DNA from: Candidatus Latescibacterota bacterium
GTDB lineage: Bacteria; Latescibacterota; UBA2968; UBA8231
Direction: 5' to 3'
Assembly: GCA_965204725.1 (NCBI GenBank)
Contig: OZ242005.1
Location: 928,001-992,000, forward strand
Length of the DNA: 64,000 bases
A program made the translations under genes and the position numbers. Shown here in pieces: positions 1 through 9,793 of this stretch. How positions within the stretch are numbered: position 1 is the first letter of the stretch; the number at the start of each line of letters is the position of its first letter. The notes beneath the pieces are model-generated. The model saw only the letters and a program-made list of their open reading frames with translations, had not been told where the DNA came from and did no database searches.

Positions 1-1491
1 GATGTGGTCGTCGCGCTTCCACTTGCCCACGTCGTGCAAGAGTACGGCAAAGAACAGCAGGTCGCGGCGCGTGCATTGGGCGAAGATCGCCGACATACCG
101 CCCTCCTGCTGACCGAGGGCTTCCAAGTTTTCCAGCGCGACCAGCGTGTGCTCATCGACCGTGTAGATGTGGTAGATGTCGTATTGGACCAAACAGGTCA
201 GCCGCCCGAACTCGGGCAAGTACGCGCCCAAGACTCCTAAGTCGTGCATGCGCCGGAGGGTGTGCGCTGTGCGGTATTTGCGCTTGAGTATCTTGAAGAA
301 CAGGTCGCGGGCCGCGGGCCGACGCCTGAATTCGTCGTCTATTAGCGGCAGACTAGCGCGTACCGCGCCCTGCGCCTGATCGCTCAACGCCAAGTTTTTG
401 GTCTGAGCCGTGAGGAAAATTTTTAGCAGGCGCAGGGGATCGGCGGCAAAATACGCCTCGCCGTCGGCGAGGACGAGCTCCCCCTCTACCGCAGCCATGC
501 CGCGCTCTAGATACATGCTGCGGCTGCTGTTGCGCGGCTTGTACGTCAGCCGCTGGAAGGCCCGTTCTACTAGGTGGTACACGGTGCGCGCATGGAGGTA
601 GTAATCGCGCATGAAGCATTCGGCCGCCAGCTCTTGGCCTTGGTCCGCATAGCCCAAGGAGGCCGCGATTTGCGGCTTGAGATCGTGCTCTAGCACATCG
701 CGCTTGCGGCCCACCGCGAAGTGGAGCGCGTGCCGCACCCGCCAGAGAAAGGCGCGGCTGCGGGCGAGGCTAGCGCCGCTCCCATCGAGATACCGGTCGA
801 ACAAATCGCCCCATTCGGGTGCTTTGACCTTGGCTTTGAGTGCCCACTCGAACATCTGCATCTCGCGCAGGCCCCCGGGGCTTTCCTTGACATTCGGCTC
901 TAAAAGCTGGACGGATTGCCGCGCTTGGATGCGCTGCCGGCGCAGCCGATTTAGCTCGGTGACCGTGCGCTTAGGCACGCGCTTGTAGAGCCGCTTTTGG
1001 AACTGGGCGAAAAGCGCGGCGTCGCCGGCCAGCAAGCGGCCATCCATCATCGCGGTGCGAGACTCCAGATCTTCGCGCACCGCTCGGACCACATCGTCCA
1101 ACGTGCGACTGCTGTGCCCCACCTCAAAGCCCAAGTCCCAGAGCGGATTGAATACGCCCGCGACGGTTTCGGGAACCTTGTCCTCGCTCTTGACGAACAG
1201 GAAGAGCAAGTCAACATCGGAATGCGGGGCCATTTCGCAGCGGCCGTATCCGCCCAGTGCCACCAGCGCGTGGGGGCCGGCTGTCGGGGGCATGGCGCGC
1301 TGGTAGATAGACAGCACCACCGCGTCCATGGCCTCGGCGATCCGCCGGGCCACGGCCTGCCCGTCGGCCCCGGCTTGGTGCTCGGCTTCAATCTGCGCGA
1401 GGGCATCGCGCCACAGCGGCCGCAGGGACTCGCCCAGCGATGTCCGGGGCCGCTCTTTTAGCGCGTCGGCAAATGTTTGTACAAATCCCAT
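1..1491 (-). CDS. glnD: [protein-PII] uridylyltransferase, 3' part runs off the window
   Basis: Not in the ORF track (open at the edge). Manual minus-strand translation from ATG 1491 gives MGFVQTF...ALVALGGYGRCEMAPHSDVDLLFLF (nucleotidyltransferase signature). An HD motif LLHDVGK lies near positions 20-50. Confidence 0.9.
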   Translation of the reverse strand, partial: MGFVQTFADALKERPRTSLGESLRPLWRDALAQIEAEHQAGADGQAVARRIAEAMDAVVLSIYQRAMPPTAGPHALVALGGYGRCEMAPHSDVDLLFLFVKSEDKVPETVAGVFNPLWDLGFEVGHSSRTLDDVVRAVREDLESRTAMMDGRLLAGDAALFAQFQKRLYKRVPKRTVTELNRLRRQRIQARQSVQLLEPNVKESPGGLREMQMFEWALKAKVKAPEWGDLFDRYLDGSGASLARSRAFLWRVRHALHFAVGRKRDVLEHDLKPQIAASLGYADQGQELAAECFMRDYYLHARTVYHLVERAFQRLTYKPRNSSRSMYLERGMAAVEGELVLADGEAYFAADPLRLLKIFLTAQTKNLALSDQAQGAVRASLPLIDDEFRRRPAARDLFFKILKRKYRTAHTLRRMHDLGVLGAYLPEFGRLTCLVQYDIYHIYTVDEHTLVALENLEALGQQEGGMSAIFAQCTRRDLLFFAVLLHDVGKWKRDDHI

Positions 1492-1760
1492 GAGGGTGTC
1501 CAATCCAAATTCAATAAATATACGGAGAATGAGCCGTCGCGTGTAAAAGAGCCTTCCGCGTTGCGGGCCAAGTGCCCGACGATGGCTCGACGCAAGCGAA
1601 TATCCGGCGGCTCGAATTGGCGGAATTGGCGCGGCCGGGCGGCACCGGACTATTTGCCCCAGCCTTGGCGATTGGGTAGATTATAAAACCCCATCGGCGT
1701 AGGGAAGTGAGCTACAACATGCGTAGCATTGGCTATTAGGATCGTCGAGGAAAGCACAGC

Positions 1761-2888
1761 ATGGCTCAGATACAAGCAGCGATTATGACCGGCCCCGGCC
1801 AGATCGCCGTGCGTTCGTATCCCAAACCCCAGATCAAAGACGACGAAGTCCTATTGCAGGTCGAGCGTACGGGTATCTGCGGCAGCGACAAGCACCTGTT
1901 CGCCGGCCACATGGCCGTGTCGTTTCCCGTGGTCCCCGGCCACGAATTGGTGGGAACCATCGAGGAGATAGGCCCGGCCGCAGCCGATAGCTTGGCCATA
2001 GTGGGCGGCCCGGTTGCGGTGGGCGACCGCGTCACCACGACGCCTTCGTCGCGGGCCTGTGGACGGTGCTATTACTGCCTGCACATACCCCAGCGGCCCA
2101 CGCTGTGCGCCAATCGCTTTGTGTACGGATTTGTGTCCGCTGATCTCGCGCCCATGCCGCGCGGCGGCTTTGCCGAATGCCTGCATTTGACGGGCCATTC
2201 GTGGCTCTTCAAGATCCCCGACGACCTGCCCTCAGACCGGGCCGTGCTCACCGAGCCAGCGGCCGTGGCCACCCGGGCGGTAGAGCGCGCCTTGGGGCCG
2301 GGCATCCCGCACATCGGCGAGGGGTTGGGCCTCGACAAGTCCGTGCTGGTCCTCGGAGCGGGCCCCATCGGCCAGCTCGTAGTGGCGGTGCTGAGCCACA
2401 TCGGCACGGATCTGATTATCGCCGGCGACCTGAGCGCGGGCCGGTTGGAACTCGCCCGCGCCATGGGTGCTCACCAAGTGCTCGCAATGGGAGAAGGCAG
2501 CCCCGAGCAGCGGCAGCAGGCCCTCTATGACATGACCGCAGGCGTGGGGGCCGACATCGTCATTGAAACAGCCGGCGTACCCGTAGCCTTCAAGGAATCG
2601 CTTGACTTGGTGCGCCGGGGCGGGATCGTCGTGGAGGTGGGGCACTTCACGGATCCGGGGGGCGTGGAGATCCACCCACATATCGTCTGTTTTAAGGATT
2701 TGGACATTCGCGGCATGTGGGCGTACCCTTCCATGCAGTTCAAGACCGCGCTATCTTTCTTGCGCCGCACTACCGCGCCCTTGGATCGTTTTATTACGCA
2801 CCGGCTGCCGCTGTCCCACATCCGCGAGGGCCTCGACCTTACCGGCAGCGAAGAGGCCATGAAGGTAGTGGTAGAGCCGGGAAATTAA
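1761..2888 (+). CDS. Zn-dependent alcohol dehydrogenase (MDR family)
   Basis: GICGSD, PGHE, CGRCYYC..C structural Zn site, GAGPIG Rossmann motif. Confidence 0.88.
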   Translation: MAQIQAAIMTGPGQIAVRSYPKPQIKDDEVLLQVERTGICGSDKHLFAGHMAVSFPVVPGHELVGTIEEIGPAAADSLAIVGGPVAVGDRVTTTPSSRACGRCYYCLHIPQRPTLCANRFVYGFVSADLAPMPRGGFAECLHLTGHSWLFKIPDDLPSDRAVLTEPAAVATRAVERALGPGIPHIGEGLGLDKSVLVLGAGPIGQLVVAVLSHIGTDLIIAGDLSAGRLELARAMGAHQVLAMGEGSPEQRQQALYDMTAGVGADIVIETAGVPVAFKESLDLVRRGGIVVEVGHFTDPGGVEIHPHIVCFKDLDIRGMWAYPSMQFKTALSFLRRTTAPLDRFITHRLPLSHIREGLDLTGSEEAMKVVVEPGN

Positions 2889-2930
2889 CCATTTGACAGC
2901 CGCGTTAGGCTAAACCAACTTGGAAGGAAA

Positions 2931-4100
2931 ATGGCTACCTTACGACCCAAGATTCTCGTCGTTGATGACGAGCCAGATTTAGAGCATCTAGTAAGGCAAC
3001 GCATGCGCCGCGAAATTCGCTCGGGCCAGTACAGCTTTATGTTCGCCCACAACGGCGTTGAGGCCCTAGAGGTGCTAAACGAAGAGCAAGACATCGACAT
3101 GGTGCTCTCGGATATCAACATGCCCCGGATGGACGGGCTCACCTTGCTAGAGCAGATCCCCAAGGTGGACCCCAACATCCGCTCGGTCATCGTCTCGGCT
3201 TATGGCGACATGAAGAACATCCGCACGGCCATGAACCGCGGTGCGTTTGACTTCATCACCAAGCCCATTGACTTCGAGGACATGAAGGTGACCATCCAGC
3301 GGACCTTGCGCCATCTAGAGCTGTGGCGCGAGGCGCTCGAATCGCGCGATAAGTTGGTCGCCCTGCAAAACGAACTCAGCGTGGCCAACAAGATGCAGCA
3401 GTCCATCTTGCCCACCTGTTTTCCCAAGGGCCCGGGCTTTGAAATTTTCGGCAGCATGAAGCCCGCCAAAGACGTCGGCGGCGATTTCTTCGACGTCTTG
3501 GCCCTTGAAGACGGGCGCATCGGCCTCGTCGTCGCCGATGTCTCAGACAAGGGCGTACCCGCGGCCCTGTTTATGATGTCGAGCCGGACCCTACTAAAGG
3601 GCGCGGCCATCGGCCACGATGCGCCGGGCAAGGTATTGACCGAAGTAAATCAACTGCTGCAAGAAGAAAACGACGCCGCCATGTTCGTAACCGTCTTTTA
3701 CGCGGCCTTCGACCCGGCAAACGGCGAGTTTGCCTATGCCAATGGCGGGCACAATACGCCCCTTATAGTCCACGCCGATGGCAGCTCGACTTTGCTGCCG
3801 ACGACCGGCGGGGTGGCACTCGGCGTGGTGCCAGAGTTCACCTTTGAAGAAACCTCGGTGACCCTACGGCCCGGTGACCGCGTCATCTTGTACACCGACG
3901 GCGTCCCCGAAGCCGAGAACAACCAAGGCGACCAGTTCGGGTTAGAGCGCCTGTGCGACGTTTGTACCAAAGGCCCCTCCCAAGATGTCCGCGCCACCAA
4001 CGCGGCCGTTTTTGAGGCGGTCGAAGCCTTTGCCGGCGAGGCTCCTCAATTTGACGACGTCACTTGCCTGACGCTTTGCTGCAGCGAGACCGAACGATGA
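2931..4100 (+). CDS. Receiver domain fused to a PP2C/SpoIIE phosphatase (RsbU-like)
   Basis: N-terminal REC (VVDDE, SDINMP, KP); C-terminal GGDFFD, ADVSDKG, YTDG, DDVT. Confidence 0.9.
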   Translation: MATLRPKILVVDDEPDLEHLVRQRMRREIRSGQYSFMFAHNGVEALEVLNEEQDIDMVLSDINMPRMDGLTLLEQIPKVDPNIRSVIVSAYGDMKNIRTAMNRGAFDFITKPIDFEDMKVTIQRTLRHLELWREALESRDKLVALQNELSVANKMQQSILPTCFPKGPGFEIFGSMKPAKDVGGDFFDVLALEDGRIGLVVADVSDKGVPAALFMMSSRTLLKGAAIGHDAPGKVLTEVNQLLQEENDAAMFVTVFYAAFDPANGEFAYANGGHNTPLIVHADGSSTLLPTTGGVALGVVPEFTFEETSVTLRPGDRVILYTDGVPEAENNQGDQFGLERLCDVCTKGPSQDVRATNAAVFEAVEAFAGEAPQFDDVTCLTLCCSETER

Positions 4101-4519
4101 GTGCTCAGAGATCACTGCGCATGGCGACCGATTTAGACGAGCTACGCAAGGTCAACGCCGCTATTGAGGAGATTGCAGAGGAAGAAAACTGGCCTCCAGA
4201 CGTCACCTTTCAGATCGGGCTGGCCATTGAGGAATTGGGGGTCAACATCGTCGAGTACGGGCACGACGACGGCAAAGTCCACGAAATCAAGATCGTCATC
4301 ACCTCCGAGGACGAGGTGATCACAATCGAGATCGAGGACGATGGCCGGGCCTTCAATCCGCTCAGCGACGCTCCAGAGCCGGACTTGGAAGCCGCCGTTG
4401 AAGACCGCACTGTGGGCGGCCTCGGCGTCCACCTCGTGCGCACCATGATGGACGAGGTCCACTACCAGCGACAGCAGGACAAAAACTGCCTGACCTTGGT
4501 CAAGCGGAGGGCTAGTTGA
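4097..4519 (+). CDS. Anti-sigma factor Ser/Thr kinase (RsbW/SpoIIAB-like HATPase)
   Basis: EELGVNIVEYG N-box, DDGRAF, GGLGVHLV; ATG 4097 overlaps the upstream stop (ATGA). Confidence 0.87.
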   Translation: MSAQRSLRMATDLDELRKVNAAIEEIAEEENWPPDVTFQIGLAIEELGVNIVEYGHDDGKVHEIKIVITSEDEVITIEIEDDGRAFNPLSDAPEPDLEAAVEDRTVGGLGVHLVRTMMDEVHYQRQQDKNCLTLVKRRAS

Positions 4520-5685
4520 ACCGCGTGCTTGCTTTGTGCGCGGCCGCGCTGCTGGTTGCGGGTGCTGTGCTTGGCGAGGAACAACCCGGCGTTTCCGACC
4601 GGAGTATCCTCTTTGGCCAATCCGCCGCCTTTAGTGGGCCAGCCCAAGAGTTGGGCCGGAACATGCGGCTCGGGATGCAGGCGGCCTTCTGGGAGGTGAA
4701 TGAGCAGGGCGGGGTCCACGGGCGTCGGCTCGAATTGGTATCGTTTGACGACGGGTACGAACCAAAATCCGCCATTGACAACACCCGCCAGTTGATCGGG
4801 GGCGAGCAGGTTTTCGCGCTGATCGGTGCCGTTGGTACCCCAACCTCGCTCGCCGCCGTTCCCATTGCCGAAGACGCGGGCGTTCCCTACATCGCTCCCT
4901 TCACGGGCAGTAGTTTTCTCCGCGACCCCAAGTGGCAGGGCGTGGTCAACATGCGCGCCTCCTACTTTCAGGAAACCGAAGAAATCGTCGCCCGTCTGAC
5001 CGACAGCTTAGGAGTCAAGCGCATTGCCATAATGTACCAAGACGACTCCTTCGGCCGAGAGGGGTTTCGCGGTGTGCGGCGAGCGCTAGAGCGTCGCGAG
5101 CTATCCCTCGTGTCAGTCGGCGTGTATCCGCGCAATACCACGGCCGTAAAAACCGCCTTACTCGACCTGCGCGGCGGCCAGCCCCAGGCCGTGATCTTGG
5201 TCGGGACCTATGAGCCGGTCGCAACCTTAATCGCCTGGGCCCAAGCGACGGGTTTCAACCCCATCTTTGCGACCATCTCATTCGTGGGCAGTAAAGCATT
5301 GGCGCGGGAGCTCGGCCCCGCCGGCACGGGGGTTTTGGTCTCGCAGGTCGTGCCCTTCCCAACAGCCACCGATCCGGCCATCGTCGGCTCGTACCGCAGC
5401 GCCCTCACAGCCTACGCTCCCAAGGCCGAGCCTAGCTTTGTCTCATTCGAGGGCTACCTCGCCGGTCGCTTAGCCATCGCCGCCCTCACCGGCTGCGGGC
5501 GGGAGGTCAGCCGCGCCTGCCTATTAGAAAACTTGCGCCGCGCCGATGTCATCAATCTAGAGGGGTTCAAGCTGCGCTATGGGGATGGCGATAATCAGGG
5601 GTCGGACGCAGTATTCCTCACCGCGATCGACCGCGATGGCGAATATCGCCCCATCCAATCCTTGGAGAGCGCGACGAAGCCATGA
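4516..5685 (+). CDS. Periplasmic ligand-binding protein (LIV-like type I fold)
   Basis: Signal peptide; GQSAAFSGP, NEQGGVHGR, DDGYEP, GAVGTPT, RASY. Confidence 0.85.
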   Translation: MNRVLALCAAALLVAGAVLGEEQPGVSDRSILFGQSAAFSGPAQELGRNMRLGMQAAFWEVNEQGGVHGRRLELVSFDDGYEPKSAIDNTRQLIGGEQVFALIGAVGTPTSLAAVPIAEDAGVPYIAPFTGSSFLRDPKWQGVVNMRASYFQETEEIVARLTDSLGVKRIAIMYQDDSFGREGFRGVRRALERRELSLVSVGVYPRNTTAVKTALLDLRGGQPQAVILVGTYEPVATLIAWAQATGFNPIFATISFVGSKALARELGPAGTGVLVSQVVPFPTATDPAIVGSYRSALTAYAPKAEPSFVSFEGYLAGRLAIAALTGCGREVSRACLLENLRRADVINLEGFKLRYGDGDNQGSDAVFLTAIDRDGEYRPIQSLESATKP

Positions 5686-7862
5686 TCGCTTTCCTGAAAC
5701 GCCTGCTCGTAGCCCGGCACCGCATTGCCTTTCAGCTCTACATGGGTATCGGCACGGCCGTGGCTCTCACCATGGTCGCGAGTTTGGTGGCTTGGTTTTC
5801 CTTCGACCAAGTCGGCGAGGCCCAAAGGCAGGTAAACGAGCGGGCTGTCCCAGAGATAGCCACTGCTTTTGCGGTCGCCCAACAAAGCGGCTCTCTCGCA
5901 GCGGCCGCCCCGCGCTTGGTAGCGACCGAGACGCCGATGGCATTTGCCGAGGTTGCCGCCAAGGTCGTCTCCGAGCGGGACGACTTTAAGAAACAATTGG
6001 CGGCCCTGACCCAGCAGGGCGCAGCCGAGGAACGCTTTGCGCGGATTCGCGCCCGCGGCGACACCCTCATCGCCAACATCAAGATCATTGAGGAATCAGT
6101 GGCCAAGCGCTTTGAGCTCAACGCGCGCAGCCGCGGGTTGCACAAGAACTTGGAGACCCTGCAAAACGATTTGAACGGCATCTTGATTCCGGCCATTGAC
6201 GATCAGCTATTCTACGCAATGACCGGCTACCACACCCTCAGCGAACCGCCAGCGCCCCGCGTTCAGCACCTTTCAGAGGCCGAACTTTCTCGCTATCGCG
6301 CTCTGGCCGAGTTGCAGGAAGGGGCTGCTACGGCCATGCGGCTGCTCGCTGATACCTTCAACTTGTCGGACGCGCGCCTGCTGGGGACTTTACGAGAGCG
6401 TTTCGAATCCACAGTCGAAGGGATTGAGCGAAAACTAGCCACATTGGGCGAAGGGCCTTTGCACAGCGCACTCAGCCAGAACTTTGACCGCCTGTTCGAC
6501 TTGGGCCGCGGGGAGGAGAAAATCTTCGCCCTCCGTGCCTCGGAACTCGAGATCGTTGAACAGCAACGGATAGTGCTCGACCGCAACCGCAACTTGTCCG
6601 TTGAACTAGTCGCCGAGGTTGAAAGCCTAGTGGATGCATCCCGCACGAGCGCCCAAGAGGCCACGCAAACCTCCACCCAAGCCATCTTCAACGGCCGCAG
6701 GATCTTGCTCGTTCTTAACGCGATCAGCATCGCCGGAGCAGCCCTGATCGCTTGGCTGTTCGTCGGTCGGGTGCTGCTGCGCCGCCTCGCATTTTTGTCG
6801 AACCGAATGCGCCGCATGGCGGAAGGCGAACTAGAGGCCAAGATCGAGATGCCCGGACGCGACGAGGTCGCAGACATGGCCGCGGCGCTCGAAATTTTTC
6901 GCCGCAACTCTTTGGAGGCTCAGCGGCTCAACTTGGTAGAAAAGCTGGCCGCCGACTTGGAAGAGAAAAATTCCACGCTCGAAAAGGTGCTCGAAGATCT
7001 GGAGCAAGCGCAGGATCAGATCGTCATGCGCGAAAAACTAGCCGCATTGGGCGAGCTCACCGCGGGCGTGGCACACGAAATCCAGAACCCCTTGAACTTC
7101 GTGAAGAACTTCGCGGAAGTCTCGGAGGAACTGTTAGAGGAATTGCAAGAGGTTATAGAGCAAGACGGCCAGAAACTAGACGAAGAGCAGCGCGATCTAA
7201 TCAACGAGATCAACGGCGACTTGACCGATAATCTCGGGCGCATCCGCGAACACGGAGATCGCGCCAACCGCATTGTCCGCGACATGCTGCAGATGGGTCG
7301 CGGATCGGGTGATGCCCAATTCGCAGAGATCAACGCCCTGCTCGACGAGCACACCCGCCTCGCTTTCCACAGCGCCCGAGCGACCAATGAAGATTTTCAG
7401 CTCGACATCAAAGAGGATTTAGACGAGGAGGTCGGGGAGTTGGAAGTGGTCCCGCAGGACTTGGCCCGCGTCTTTTTGAATATGGTGAGCAATGCCTGCT
7501 ACGCCACCAACGAAAAGCGCCACGCTCCAGATACGGCATCCGACTACGTACCCACGCTCTGGATCAACACGCGGCGCACACCCGACCAAGTCGAAGTCCG
7601 CATCCGCGACAATGGGAACGGAATCCCACCGGATGTCGTCGATAAGATCTTCAACCCGTTCTTCACGACTAAGCCGACCGATCAGGGAACCGGGCTTGGG
7701 CTCGCGCTGTCCAACGACATCGTGCGCGAACACGGGGGCACCATCAAGGTTCACTCCGAGCCTGGAGAATTTACCGAGATGACGATTGAGCTGCCCACGG
7801 TGCGGCCGACGGCTTTGCAATCGGCCGCAACCGATTCAGACGCAGACGAGGCGTCCTCTTAG
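5682..7862 (+). CDS. Membrane sensor histidine kinase (periplasmic helical sensor, HAMP, HisKA, HATPase)
   Basis: Two TM segments, HAMP (GRDEVADMA), H-box AHEIQNPLN, DNGNG, FFTTK, GTGLGL. Confidence 0.9.
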   Translation: MIAFLKRLLVARHRIAFQLYMGIGTAVALTMVASLVAWFSFDQVGEAQRQVNERAVPEIATAFAVAQQSGSLAAAAPRLVATETPMAFAEVAAKVVSERDDFKKQLAALTQQGAAEERFARIRARGDTLIANIKIIEESVAKRFELNARSRGLHKNLETLQNDLNGILIPAIDDQLFYAMTGYHTLSEPPAPRVQHLSEAELSRYRALAELQEGAATAMRLLADTFNLSDARLLGTLRERFESTVEGIERKLATLGEGPLHSALSQNFDRLFDLGRGEEKIFALRASELEIVEQQRIVLDRNRNLSVELVAEVESLVDASRTSAQEATQTSTQAIFNGRRILLVLNAISIAGAALIAWLFVGRVLLRRLAFLSNRMRRMAEGELEAKIEMPGRDEVADMAAALEIFRRNSLEAQRLNLVEKLAADLEEKNSTLEKVLEDLEQAQDQIVMREKLAALGELTAGVAHEIQNPLNFVKNFAEVSEELLEELQEVIEQDGQKLDEEQRDLINEINGDLTDNLGRIREHGDRANRIVRDMLQMGRGSGDAQFAEINALLDEHTRLAFHSARATNEDFQLDIKEDLDEEVGELEVVPQDLARVFLNMVSNACYATNEKRHAPDTASDYVPTLWINTRRTPDQVEVRIRDNGNGIPPDVVDKIFNPFFTTKPTDQGTGLGLALSNDIVREHGGTIKVHSEPGEFTEMTIELPTVRPTALQSAATDSDADEASS

Positions 7863-7863
7863 T

Positions 7864-8193
7864 TTACGACAGGGTGGCGAGGGCCTCTTCCTCGGAGGCG
7901 TGGATCGCAATAATCTTGTCAAAACCGCTGATTTCAAAGATTTCCCGTATCGGATCCGAAAGCGAGCACAGCGCGAACTGAGCACTGCGCTGTTGGAGGT
8001 TTTTGGCAATCAGCAGAAACGTCCGCAGGCCCGCACTGCTGATGTAGTTGATGGCCGCCAAATCGACGAGCACCGCGCCGCTTTCCGTGCCGATCGCCTT
8101 GGTTAAGGCGTCGTGAAAGTCGCGGGCATTGACCCCGTCAATGCGGCCTTCGGGCTTGGCGATTAATACGCCATCCTTCTGTTCGGTGTTCAC
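7864..8193 (-). CDS. STAS-domain anti-anti-sigma factor (RsbV-like)
   Basis: GRID, VDLAAINYISSAGL phosphorylatable Ser motif, IFEISGF. Confidence 0.9.
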   Translation of the reverse strand: MNTEQKDGVLIAKPEGRIDGVNARDFHDALTKAIGTESGAVLVDLAAINYISSAGLRTFLLIAKNLQQRSAQFALCSLSDPIREIFEISGFDKIIAIHASEEEALATLS

Positions 8194-8243
8194 TGGATCT
8201 CCTACCTTTCTAAATTAAATGGTGTGTACCGGTTTTTGGCCGG

Positions 8244-9647
8244 TTATGAATTGTTCCGAATTTGGTCAACGTCATCCTGATCGGGCATGAGCATAAACTC
8301 AGAATACGCTTCGATTCCGAGTTCTGCGGTATCTTGGCCGAGCTCTTCAACGCTCTGCGACACCCGCACGCCGATTATCTTGCCCAGAACCAGCCACGTG
8401 AGCCACGAAGCTACAAACGCGAACACGCCCACCGCTAGCACCCCGATGAGCTGGACGCCGAAATTGCCACCGGCTGCAATGCAGACCGCCAGGGTGCCCC
8501 AGATGCCGGCGAACAAGTGGACCGGAATCGCCCCTACTATGTCGTCCAACTTGACGATCTCTAAGAACCGTATCCCGGCGACGCACAACACGCTGCCTAC
8601 AGCACCGATTATGAGTGCCCAGTAGTGATCGACGATATCTGGCCCGGCCGTAATGGAGACGAGACCGGCGAGTGCGCCGTTGAGAACGGCGACCAGATCG
8701 ATGCGGCCTAAGAGGGGCCGCGACAAGAAGAGAGCAGCCATGGCGCCGGCCGCCGCGGCAAGGTTGGTATTCACGAGGACATGGCTCATGGCGACAGCAT
8801 CGGTCGCGCTCGACAGCGCGAGCTGCGAGCCGCCGTTGAAGCCGAACCACCCCAGCCACAAAATGAAGACTCCCAAAGTCACGGCGGGGACATTGGAAGG
8901 CGGCGTGTTCTTGACGCTGCCATCGGGGCGAAATTTTCCGTACCGCGCTCCGACGACGATTGCCCCGGCGAGTGCTGCCCAACCCCCGGTCGAATGCACG
9001 ATGGTTGAGCCGGCGAAATCCTGAAACCCCATTTCACTGAGCCAGCCGCCGCCCCAAGTCCAAGCTCCGATGACGGGATAGATGATCATCGTCAACACAG
9101 CCGTAAAAATAAAAAACGCCCACAGATTCACCCGCTCGGCCAGCGTACCCGATACAATGGAAGCGGTCGTCGCCACGAAGACCATCTGAAAAAACCAGTC
9201 CGACATGGTGGCATAGGACTGGCCCTTTATCAGGGCTGCGGTCGCCGTTGCTTTGGCTGCATCGGTCGCTGCATCCAACAGCTTGAGCTCTTCGCCCGAA
9301 GGCCCGTATAAAAACTTGAGAGAGCCAATCCAGCCTCCCCCCACATCGACGTACATGAGGTTGTAGCCAATCAAGTAATAGGTGATCCCGGCAATCGAAT
9401 AAAGCCCGACGTTCTTGAGGCAGATCATAGAGGCATTCTTGGTGCGCACGGAGCCGGCTTCGAGCATGGTAAAGCCCGCGCACATCCACATTACGAGCGC
9501 GCCCCAGATAAGAAACGAGAAGGTGTTGAAGACGAATTGCAGGTCTTCGCCGCTTGCGGCATAGACCCCGGTCGCTCCCATTAGGATGCCGCTGGCCGCG
9601 ATAAATCCGCCCACCCGCAATGCATCGCCACTAGACTTTCTAATCAT
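8244..9647 (-). CDS. amt: Ammonium transporter (Amt family)
   Basis: FFQMVF, DFAGSTIVH, WFGFNGGS, DDIVGAIPVH; twin His and Phe gate present. Confidence 0.93.
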   Translation of the reverse strand: MIRKSSGDALRVGGFIAASGILMGATGVYAASGEDLQFVFNTFSFLIWGALVMWMCAGFTMLEAGSVRTKNASMICLKNVGLYSIAGITYYLIGYNLMYVDVGGGWIGSLKFLYGPSGEELKLLDAATDAAKATATAALIKGQSYATMSDWFFQMVFVATTASIVSGTLAERVNLWAFFIFTAVLTMIIYPVIGAWTWGGGWLSEMGFQDFAGSTIVHSTGGWAALAGAIVVGARYGKFRPDGSVKNTPPSNVPAVTLGVFILWLGWFGFNGGSQLALSSATDAVAMSHVLVNTNLAAAAGAMAALFLSRPLLGRIDLVAVLNGALAGLVSITAGPDIVDHYWALIIGAVGSVLCVAGIRFLEIVKLDDIVGAIPVHLFAGIWGTLAVCIAAGGNFGVQLIGVLAVGVFAFVASWLTWLVLGKIIGVRVSQSVEELGQDTAELGIEAYSEFMLMPDQDDVDQIRNNS

Positions 9648-9793
9648 GCCAATTTCCTCCCTTTGGTCGTTTTGGCTGAGTAGATGCTACTCTTGCTCAT
9701 TCTATTAGGTCTATACAATAGCCAATAGCCAATCCTCGCGCAATTACCACGTCACTTTCGAGCCACCAAGCAACAGGTTCTGAATAGCGCGAT

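Noticed and set aside
997-1461. Plus-strand ORF here, and many other 100-300 aa alternative ORFs
   Set aside because: Antisense or off-frame shadows of real genes, expected in GC-rich DNA; this one shadows glnD.
9650-9790. sigma54 promoter upstream of amt
   Set aside because: TGGC is present on the minus strand but there is no GC at the required -12 spacing.
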